Assembly: GCA_001643675.2 (NCBI GenBank)
Contig: LSRY02000034.1
Location: forward strand, 124,001 to 188,000
Length of the DNA stretch: 64,000 bases
Direction: 5' to 3'
From: Monocercomonoides exilis PA203
Lineage: Eukaryota > Protista > Preaxostyla
This document shows, in pieces, positions 25,301 to 35,564 of the stretch. Position 1 is the stretch's first letter; every line of letters begins with the position of its first letter. The translations under genes were made by a program, and so were the position numbers. Below the pieces are notes generated by a model. It saw only the letters and a list, made by a program, of their open reading frames with translations. It searched no databases and had not been told where the DNA came from.

Positions 25301-26622
25301 TGACAAGGACATTCGAAAGGCTCAGAAAGAAAGGGGATCAAATGAAAAGATTTAAGAAGAAAAAATGAAGAAAAAGCCTGTTTCGATTCTAACCACACTT
25401 TACACACATATTCCACACGAAATACGAAATCGAAAAAGGATTCAGCAACAAATTATTGAATCGCTATTCACTTTCTCAGTATTTTCATTTTCCGACTCAT
25501 CTCCTTCATTTCTTCTTCTTCTTCTTATTTCCCAGTTCTGTTTCTTCTTCAACCTCCTTCTCATTATCTTCTCCTCCTTATTTTCTTCTGTCTCTTCTCG
25601 CTCCTCAAGAACTGCCGGCGCAATCGCTGATGGCTACAGAACCACTTTCTCCATCATCAACCCCCACTTCCACATCGCCTTCTCCCTTGCTTCTTCCTCT
25701 CATAACGTGCCACCATCCCTCGCCCCATCATCTCATTGCCTATCTTCGATATTATACGCATCGACTGCGGTGAAAAAATCTCCATCAACACTATTGCAGA
25801 TAGAAGCAGCGAAGGGACAAACAGATTGAAACCTTCAAGAACGCATTCACATCCACTGCAAAAAAGATATTTGGTCTCCGATTTCGTTCCCATTGAGCTG
25901 AAAGCGAAAGAATCGGTGCCATCAGCTTAACAGAAAGCATCTCCGAAAGCACAACATCATAGGTGCACGCAACACCCCAGTGCATCATTGCAGAAAGCGT
26001 AGCAAGATATCCCCTCATCGTATGTTGAGCTCTTAGCAACGATATTTTGTGATTTGCATTCACTCTACGTTCTTCAGACACAACAATCTGCATCCGCCTT
26101 TCAAAATCGTCCATTAATGCTGCAGACGCGTATGATGCTGACAAGACTGACCCACACGATGGGTCAATCGCAGGCGCTGTTGATGAAGTTGAAGATGGCA
26201 ATGGCTTTTCAGCGTCTGCAACAATTTTCTCTATTCTTCTTCTCCTACTGAATGGTGAAGCCGACAGGCACCCTGATCCAGTTGGAAAAAGATAAAGAAT
26301 GAAAAATGAAGAAGAAGAAGAAGAAGAAGAAGAAGAAGAAGAGCATCTCTCAAAGTTCGAGAATAACTTGAATTTTCTTTTGTTCAATACAAATATTCCG
26401 AAAGATACGAGTGAAGATGTATCCAAAATCTGATTAATCGGAACATTTGGTGAGAAATTTGAGAAAGACTGTGTTTCTGTCATCTCAAAAATTGAAGGAT
26501 CTGCCTCTGTTCCACTCTCCCCCTGCATTTTCATAGGCCTATCTTTTTGTCATATGCAGCTAATTGAATAACATATTATATTTCTATCATGTCAATCGTA
26601 AAAATATGCTTTTTCCTTTTTC

Positions 26623-26654
<32 letters not shown>

Positions 26655-27684
26655 TTCCTCTTCCTCTTCCTCTTCCTCTTCCTCTTCCTCTTCCTTCATT
26701 TGCCTCTTCAATCATATTGAACCTGCTGATATTTACATCAAGAAAACATTCGCCTGGGGAAATTTGTTGGTTTCTGTATTCCAAGATGACGCTGCTCATG
26801 GAACTGTAGGAACTTTAAAAGGATTCGAAGGAGAAGGTGTTTGTTTGGGAGTTTACGTGGATTACGCTGAGGTTGGAAAAATTGATCCTGGTGATGAAGG
26901 TGTGCTTGAGGAAGAGAGAGCTGACTGAGAGGAGAAGAAAGAAAAGAAAATGAGCGAAATGAATTCTCAGAATAAGCTTCACAAGTTCTTTTTTTCATAT
27001 AAGAAGCGAAAAACAGTGTAATGAAAGATTCTCAAGGAAAACATTGGAGATAAAAGAAGTCAAAATTGACAACATTTATAAATGGGAGATTTAGATGAAG
27101 TGGAGCAGAAACGGAAAAAAGATGGGCAACGGATGGAGAAGATAGTTAGAAAATCATTTCATAAGAATAATTAGGAAAGAAAAGAAGATATTGACTCTGT
27201 TGTGATCGTCTGTTATTGTTTCCCCTCCATCAAGTTCATTGTTTAATTATTATACCGTTGAACTGAACGGCTGGAACAGGAACTTGGAGATGATGTTTCA
27301 GCTCAATAAAAACAAAACTCATTGCATATAATTTGGAAAAATGAAATTTTGAACATTAATATCCATCAACATTGTTCAATAAATATAATTTTTCTTAATA
27401 AGTTTCGTTTTGCAAGTTGTGAAACTTGTAATTTTCTTTTTAAAGTTTGAATTTTCTATTTTCATATTTTTTTTAAGGAAACTTGATCATTAAAATTATT
27501 TTCTCTAAAAGTCGAAAAAAGGAATGTTTTTTTGTTTTTATAAATTTAACAAATATAAATCACAGTTTCAAACGCTACGTACTTTCAAAATAAACCAAAA
27601 TTGATTCATTGATCAACAAATACCACAATTCATTTTATTTTTTCGATTTTTGATCTTTTTTTATGATATCAAATAAAATCACCC
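22336..27684. mobile_element. Candidate non-autonomous TIR element E2 (5.35 kb) carrying gene fragments
   Basis: GGGTGACTTTTTTTGATTTCATAAAAAA (22336-22363) matches the reverse complement of 27657-27684 at 25/28. ATAT flanks both sides (22332-22335, 27685-27688). Confidence 0.6.
25570..26210 (-). pseudogene. Family B unknown protein, copy 2
   Basis: The C-terminal part of ORF 25791-26534 (MRGYL...YDVVLSEMLSVKLMA) and frameshifted pieces (VGTKS, VDVNAF, SPQSMR) align with copy 1. Confidence 0.7.
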
Positions 27685-27685
27685 A

Positions 27686-27749
<64 letters not shown>

Positions 27750-27773
27750 TTTTGAGCCAGGAAAAGGTTTTTG

Positions 27774-28254
27774 GGCAAGATGCTACTTTAAGGGTACCCG
27801 ATTTTTTCGTTAAATCCATGAATAAATAGCTAAAAAATGCAATGGAGAGATATTATAAGTATATTAGGTTTAAAATAATCAATTGATCAAAACTGAAAAT
27901 GATTGAATGCTTTTTTATTCAAATCTTAAGTTTTCCGAGACTTTTTTCAAACTTCATTAAAATACTTAAATTGAGTTATTATCAACCCAAACAATTGAAA
28001 ATATCAATAATATTCAAATTTATAAACCTAAAAATGTCTTTTTATTGTTATTTAATTAACTTTTCAAAAAAGTTATTCAAAATTTCAATTAGGGATCAGT
28101 TGTTTTTGAGAACGAAAACCCTAAAAAAGTTCGATGATTAATAAAACATATTGTCAACACCAAAGAGTGTTGATGAAAGTTCAATTGGAAACATTTAGCC
28201 TTTTCATAAAGCTTATTTATAATTTTTTAGGTACCCTTAAAGTAGCCCTTTGCC
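27774..28254. mobile_element. 481-bp MITE with 25-bp TIRs and 8-bp TSD (Merlin/IS1016-like)
   Basis: GGCAAGATGCTACTTTAAGGGTACC (27774-27798) matches the reverse complement of 28230-28254 at 22/25, with 17 bp perfect. Perfect direct repeat GGTTTTTG at 27766-27773 and 28255-28262. Confidence 0.88.
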
Positions 28255-29367
28255 GGTTTTTGAAAAGAGAAACGAGCTTATGATTTGAGTTATAAATTTT
28301 TTTAAAAAATCACATTATTGCAAATTCTCCGATGAAAAAACAAATACATCAAAAAAAAAAAAAAAATCTTTAAAAGACAAAAAAATTATTCATAGCATAG
28401 GTGATTATTTTTGAACCTGTATTTTCTCCATTGAAATTTTCCGTTTTTGAATTTGCTATGAATATTTTTTAATTTACTCTGTGAAGTAAAAACCACTTGG
28501 AAAAAAAATATTTCATGAAAGATTTCTCGAACATCGTTATCTCGAACAATTGTTTTTTATTTTTCTTTTGAATAATAAATAACTTTCCAAAAAATAAAGC
28601 CTTAAAAGAATCAACACTCCGAAAAAAGTTATGAATTTAAAACAAATTACCCACTTGAAACCGAAAAAAGATAAAAAAAAAGAAATCACAAAATATGCAA
28701 AAAGTTATTCAAAAGGAACATTTTTGTGTTCGAAAATATAATAGTTTCAAACCTCACCAAATTTAAATTGCTGTTTCATGAAACAAAGTGAAAACAGATT
28801 TAATCGCTTCTTTCCGTTAAAAAAAAAAAATATTATTTTGCGATTCTTGAATGAAAATTATTATTATCATTTAACTTTTTATTGAAAAATAATTTTTCAA
28901 AACTTAAATTTTCTTTTTGAAAGTGATATAAAAATTTTTTTTGTTTGGAAAAGACAAAAATTTTGTTCATTATTTTTGTATTTCAAACTCAGAAATTAAT
29001 AATTTGAAAATAATTTTTATATAAAAAGATGTTTTTTCGGTGAATATTGCTATCGCATTAATATTTTCATCCAAATTAATCAAATAATTTTACGAATGAA
29101 TATTGTTTTCCTTTCAATTTAAAATTTCCGGAAAACTGATCTTTCCTGTCTTTCATTTTGAAAAAAGGAATCACTAATAATATTAAAAATATATTTCTCC
29201 AGCTTCAACAACAACTATGAATTATTTTTCCACATAAGGAAGAAATATTATTTTACAAGGTTACCATTAATTCGATAGTTTCAACAAGCCATAGTTTGTG
29301 GAAAGCTGTTGTTCATTTTTTGGGTGTGTTGATCTGTTAGAAAACTGAAAATAGAACATTATCTGGA

Positions 29368-30702
29368 ATGCTGATCAATCTGATTTATCTCTTGACAGTA
29401 GTTTTCATTCACTCTGAGTATTTATTGACATCGACACCTACAGTTGCCTATGTGAAAGAGAACGGGAATGAAAGAAACAGCGGTCTGGAGATCGGTCAGG
29501 AAAAACGTTGGTTGAGTAGTGCCTATGGTCTGCTTGGAGACGACAGCGCATGTTCCTTAAGAGTTGTTAACGATACAGCCCCACAAATCGCAGAAATGAT
29601 GGAACTGAAAAAGAGCAAAGGAATCACAATTGAAGGATGGAAAAGTGATGGAAGTGGCAATACTGAAGTTGCAATAAACTGCGATGTGCATCCAAATTAC
29701 CATTTATTCACTTGCATAGAAACAATAGTATTTAAATTTTTGAAATTTCATTTCCCAACCACACTTCATTCTCAAGGTGATCAATCAGGAGCTTATTACT
29801 GTTTGATCGAAGCATACAATTCATCGCTGACAATCAGCAATTGCAACTTCAAACGTCCGCAATATGGAAACTCTGAAATAAATGTTGTTCTTGTTTCAGC
29901 ATCGGGAGCTTTTTTGAAAATGGATTCAGTTTCATGCACTGATGAATATATATTTTCTTCGTTCCTGTATAGTCCTTTTCGAATCACAAATACAACAGAA
30001 GTGTTTCTGAACGGAGTGGAGATAAACAAAGCAAATATTCGACATGAATCAGCAATTTTGATTAATGAAGGATATTATACATGTTCAAAGGTTTCTGTTG
30101 AGGGACTAAAATTAAGTGAAGTGAAATCAGAGAAAGGAAAAGTTGCAGGGTTGCATATCACAACACACAAGGAGGAATCCACAGTGGAAATTGGTCGAAC
30201 AAGCAAATGCACATTCAAATCATGTTCAGCACCGGAAGGATTATCAGGAGCGATTTTCTTCAATATGTTCAAGGCAACATCAAATCTTCAGCTTCCAGCA
30301 ACAAATAATTTGGACATTGATAGTTCAAATACAGCTGGCTCAAAACCGACTTCTCTATTCATATTAGCATCAGATGTTGAGGAATTCTGCAAACAAGAAG
30401 ATGCGTTTGAGTTCGCAAACGATTATGGTGAATCAGCAGCTGGATGGATTGTTGGAGCAAAAGAATATGAGTCAGATCCAATCGATATTGTTGAAAAATA
30501 TGTAAAGAAACACAATAATCCAAAAAACGATCCAGCAACGGAGGACAAAAAGAAATCAAATGCTGGAACAGTTGTGGCAATTGTTGTTCCGATAGTGGTC
30601 GTTGTTATTGCAGTTGTCGTTGTTGTGATAGTTATTGTTGTTGTGAAGAAGAAGAAATCAAAAGGCAAAAATGAAAGCAATGAACAAGAAATGAGCAGTT
30701 AA
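29368..30702 (+). CDS. Type-I membrane surface protein (signal peptide, Cys-containing putative beta-helical ectodomain, Val-rich TM, short basic tail)
   Basis: Intact intronless 444-aa ORF. Hydrophobic N-terminus MLINLIYLLTVVFIHS; LTISNCNF and CTFKSCSAPEGLSGAIF motifs as in the giant receptor; TM VVAIVVPIVVVVIAVVVVVIVIVVV followed by KKKKSK. Confidence 0.9.
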   Translation: MLINLIYLLTVVFIHSEYLLTSTPTVAYVKENGNERNSGLEIGQEKRWLSSAYGLLGDDSACSLRVVNDTAPQIAEMMELKKSKGITIEGWKSDGSGNTEVAINCDVHPNYHLFTCIETIVFKFLKFHFPTTLHSQGDQSGAYYCLIEAYNSSLTISNCNFKRPQYGNSEINVVLVSASGAFLKMDSVSCTDEYIFSSFLYSPFRITNTTEVFLNGVEINKANIRHESAILINEGYYTCSKVSVEGLKLSEVKSEKGKVAGLHITTHKEESTVEIGRTSKCTFKSCSAPEGLSGAIFFNMFKATSNLQLPATNNLDIDSSNTAGSKPTSLFILASDVEEFCKQEDAFEFANDYGESAAGWIVGAKEYESDPIDIVEKYVKKHNNPKNDPATEDKKKSNAGTVVAIVVPIVVVVIAVVVVVIVIVVVKKKKSKGKNESNEQEMSS

Positions 30703-31719
30703 GGGTCAAAAAACTATTGCATCCAAAATCTTGGGTGAATTCGAAATAATATCCTTTTCTATTATATTTGTATTTCCATGTATATTCATCTCTTGAATTT
30801 TCAATTTTTTTTCTTTTTTTCATTATGTTTTGTTTTTTGGCATTGTTTAACATCAAATCCTTTTTTTTCTCATCGACTTTTTTTATTGAAAATTCATTAC
30901 AGCAATCAAGCTATTGTTTTCGACTGTGAAAAATGAAAGAATCAATTCATATAAATTGAAACCTTCATATCACTATGACAATATAAATTTCTAACTAAAA
31001 AATTTCATGAGAAATTGAAAGACTCTTTTTTGTCCTCCTGAAGAAATTTTCCAAACGACCATTCCTTCAAAGGATCCTTCTCGGAATTCTCTATTCAGTT
31101 GATTCACACCCGTCGAACAATCTCGCTCTTCTTCTGTTTGGACTTCTTTTGCGCAAACATCGTCTTTCACTTCTCAATCTCCTCCTTGATTGTTTCTTTC
31201 TTTTCCACTATCGTTTGTTTCTTCCCTCCTAACTGCCCAATCAGTTTGTTCATTTCTTCTCCACCTTTTTCATTATCTTCCGGACAGTTTTGTATATTCT
31301 TCTTCCACGACCTCCGCCACAAGACCCAGAACAGTTCTTTTCCAATCATTAATAAATCACAGACATTATTCCTTCTCTAACGTCTCCTCCTCCTCCTCAG
31401 CTTGTTTTCTTTTTCCACAGCTTTTTGCTTCTCATACATCATTCCATTTGTTCCTTATTCTCTCGATATTCTCTTTTTACTGGTACACAATCTAAATATC
31501 ACAACGCCGTCATCCCCATGCTTGCTGTTCACTTCTCTTCGCTTTTTTGCACAGCTCCCACTGCAAAATCAACGAAGTCAAAGATGGGCTGCCTTCTTTT
31601 AACCAAAAACAACAAAAATGTTGTGGCAAGCTTCATCCCTAAACCACCAGTTTCCACTTGCTATTCGCACTCATAATTCCATATTTAATAGATTAGCACT
31701 TCATCTTCTTTACCTCCCT

Positions 31720-32300
31720 TCCTCCTTCCTCTGCCTCTCAGCGCTTCTCCAGCACTGCCTGCGCAATCGCTGCTGGAGACAGAATCTCATTCTCCATTTT
31801 TTTTCCCAACACATTCTGTGCCTTCTCCACTATCTCATCCGCTTCACACCACTTTGAACTTTGTCCCATTGCTCCGTCATAAGATTCACCACCATGCGCA
31901 TCGACAGCGGAGATTGAGACATCAGCTGAACTATTGCTGAAGGAATCAGAAATGGATCAAGTTGGTCGTGAATCAAAGAGAGCGCATTCACATCCTCAGC
32001 CACAAAGATCCGAGTACTCCCAGACTTCATGCCAACCTATGCTGCAAGTGACGGAAGAAGTGCCACCAGCGGAACTGAACGTATTTTCGATGGCACCACA
32101 TCGTGAGCATACACAACATATCCCCGCAGCCTCTTTAACTCTCTCAATTCCGATTTCTTGCACTTCGCGAACATCTCAGCCGCATCTCGATGTTGCACAT
32201 AGCTGATGCGACGCAGATGATACAACCAAGACAAATACATCAAAAGCGTCAATTTCATGCGCGTTGAATGAAGATGATGACAACTGCTCATCCCATGCCA
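31720..32300 (-). pseudogene. Family B unknown protein, copy 3
   Basis: ORFs 32037-32291 (LRGYVVYAHDVVPSKIRSVPLVALLPSLAA) and 31830-32030 (KSGSTRIFVAEDVNAL...SPLSMR) align with copies 1 and 2. Internal stops. Confidence 0.7.
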
Positions 32301-33046
32301 AATTCTCTAAGCTTTTCCTCCTCCGGAATGGCAAAGCAAACCTGACAGCTGCTGCAGATGAAGGGATGGATGAAGAGATGTCTTCAGCGCTGTATCAGGA
32401 ACACTGAAAAAGCATCTTCATTTTAAAAAAAATGTTTATCAGCAGTGAAAGAAAGCCACTTTTAAGTGATGAGAAAACAAAGAGGATGATTTCTTCAGTG
32501 ATGAACTCCAATGGGATGGAATGGATACGCAAGAGATACATAAATGAAAGAAAGCGATCTGCAACATGAATCATTTTTTTAATCAAAAAAAGGAGAAATA
32601 AATACACTTCACTGAATATTTTATTCCATCATCCTTCTACAAAAAGCCAGCATGTCAAAAGCATTTTATTTTCGCAACATCTTTCCTTGCTCAATGTGGA
32701 AAGCTTTTTGAAGAATGTTCATTTTTCATAGCAATGAAATATGAAACTTTTCATGGTAATATATAATTATTTAAATATGCAAAAACAAGTATCTTTTTTG
32801 GGAACTATTTACCAAAAAATGTAACAGGGTCATTTATAAACCCGAACATTTTCATTAACCCGTTTATTTTTTTTTGGTTCGTTAAAACAGAATAAATAGT
32901 TGATAAAAATTAAAATTGAAAATAATTAAATGTTTATTTTACCACTTGATGATAGTACTAGAACTTTTTTGTTTCAATTTTCGTTTTTGATGAAGATCTT
33001 GAGTATTTTTTATTTTTTGTGATCGTTTGTTTTGTCCAATTTGAAC

Positions 33047-33079
<33 letters not shown>

Positions 33080-33146
33080 CATTTCAAGAAATTCTGGCAC
33101 CAAAAAAGAAAAATGTTCTTATAAAAATCTGGCCTTATGCTGAATA

Positions 33147-34428
33147 GGGTGCACATTTTATCTTGACCTCAAAATTTTATCTCAACCCTGTTTTTTTGAT
33201 ACTTATTTTTGCTTTTTTGATTTGTGAAAAGGCTTAAAACAAAAACAAAATTAATAGACTTCTTGATATTTTTGTTTTTCAGAATTCTGTGGAAAAAAAA
33301 TTTGATATTTTTATGTACCAAAAAATATTCAAATTTTTTTTATTTTGGGACCCAGATCAAAGACTTGCTGGCTGTGAAGCCAATATTTTATAATGAACGT
33401 TTAAAGCCATAGCAACACAATTCCACATTCCTATATTATTATTTTAATATGTTTTTAACTTTTGCAATATAATTTTTAACCTTTTTTTCTCATTTCACTA
33501 TTTTTGCTTTAAACACAATTTTCGGAACAAATATGAATTTGTGTTAATTTTTAAGCACATAAAAAACAAAAACAAAGTGTTATTTATTGTATATTTTTAT
33601 TTAATTTTGAAATGAAAAAGAATTGAACAAGAATTTGAACTGAAAAGCATGAATATATGATTTTTTTGTGTTTCTAATTTCCAAACATATACAAACAAAT
33701 AATCATCTTTTCATGCAAGAATCGTTTTATTTTTATATTGTTTATTTATCATTTCAATAAATTTCAAAACAAATTCATATTTGTCCTTAAAAATCGTGTT
33801 TTTTGAAAATATGTGTGAAATGAGAAAAAGTGTAAAAAAAACAAGTTGAGAAAGTTTAAAACAAGTTTTACTTATAAAAAAGAAACAATGTATTATGCTT
33901 TGAAAGCTTAAAACTTTTGATATAAAATATGGGGGAAAATACGGACTTTCAAGCTTTTTTTGCTCAAGGCATTGAAAAATTGCTTCACACATAACTTTAT
34001 TTCACTTTCTCAGATTTCAAAATAAATTTGATTTTCTTATCTGTTAACAGGCATCGTTGAAATCAAAACATTAAAAATTGTGACATATAACGAATGTCGA
34101 AAAATGTTCCTTCATTTAGAATGTTTTTTGAAATGAAAAAGTGAATGAAAAGTGCATAATTTTTGAATGAAAATGCCTGAAGTGAAATATTCTTCCCCAT
34201 ATTCGCAGGAAAAGCAGCAAGTCAATGATCAAAACAAAAAATTATTATAATCCTCGATCTTTTTGTAAAACAAGAAATATTGAAAAAAAAATATAGAATA
34301 AGGAAATTAAAACATTTCAAACATTTCTGGTTATTTTTTATTTACCACAGGCTTGTGTATAGCTGAAAGTTCAATAAAAAAGAAAAAGGTCAAGATAAAG
34401 AAAAAAGGTCAAGATAAAATCATAGCCC
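33147..34428. mobile_element. About 1.28-kb non-coding TIR element containing a nested MITE
   Basis: GGGTGCACATTTTATCTTGACC (33147-33168) versus the reverse complement of 34407-34428, GGGCTATGATTTTATCTTGACC. A second partial copy lies at 21640-21990. TSD not resolved. Confidence 0.6.
33931..34198. mobile_element. 268-bp MITE, GGGG...CCCC ends, ATAT TSD
   Basis: ATAT at 33927-33930 and 34199-34202. The paralogous empty site has one ATAT (21761). Full inverted copy at 55534-55800, partial copy near 54522-54580. Confidence 0.9.
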
Positions 34429-35278
34429 TATTTCAATGTTTATTCAAAAAGAAAGATAAGTTTGATATGAATTGACTGAAGTTATTTTTATTCAAATTTT
34501 TTTTTATTCAAATTTCATCAAATGAATGAATGTTTAATTGTTATAAATGAATATTTCGAAAGTATTTTGAAGTGAAATAAGATATCCAAGTGAAGCAACA
34601 ACTTCGTCAAAAATCATGAACTACAAAGAATTGCACTTTGAAGATCAACAACATCGGACAAAAAGTATTTTTATAAGTTCTTATAAAACTGAATACTTAA
34701 AAATATCAACAAAAAAAGAGAGATAAATATTTAATTTTCCATTTCAAACATAAAAGGAATTGTTGATTGAATATTTAATGATTCACAAAGTGAATAACAA
34801 AACAAAATACTTCAAAAAGTACAAAAAAAAATTTCTTTCAAAAATTGATTCAGAATAAAAATATGTTTGATTTATTAATTGATTTAAAAATTTCGAAATT
34901 CTATTAGCTACATAAAAAAATAAAGATAATAAACAATGCTTCAACTTTCAAACAAAAAATTTACAAAATCTGAAATCAAATCAAAAAAATAAAAAATATC
35001 AGTGAAAGCAATAGAATATATAACGAAATTCAACTTTTTTGTGCTTGATGCACAAAACCAAGCAAAAACAAATAAAATGAATGAAAAAATAAAAAGGTCT
35101 CTTAAGTAATGAGAAGAAAAAACTGGAGTGGTGAAAAGAATAGAAGATGAATACATTATTGATAAAAGAAAACTATTTTTTTATTAAAATATCGTTGTGA
35201 AAAAGAGATGTTATCAAAAACAGAAGAAGTCGAAGAAGTCGAATAAGTCAAAGAAGCTTCAGAAGAGCAAGTTGTTTA

Positions 35279-35515
35279 TTAGAAGACGAACTGAAGAACA
35301 AGAACCGCTATTCCCCACAACACAAGCAACGAATGGAAGATGACTGACATGATAACGCGAACTCTGCTTTTCCAGCTGCGTGAAGTTGCTGAGAGAAAAA
35401 AAAAGAAGATGATGTATAAATATAAAATGTTGGTTGATTGATTTTTTTTTAAAAAAAAAAAGAAATATGATACGGAAACAATTAATCAAAACAAAAGGAA
35501 ACAAACAAAATATTA

Positions 35516-35564
<49 letters not shown>

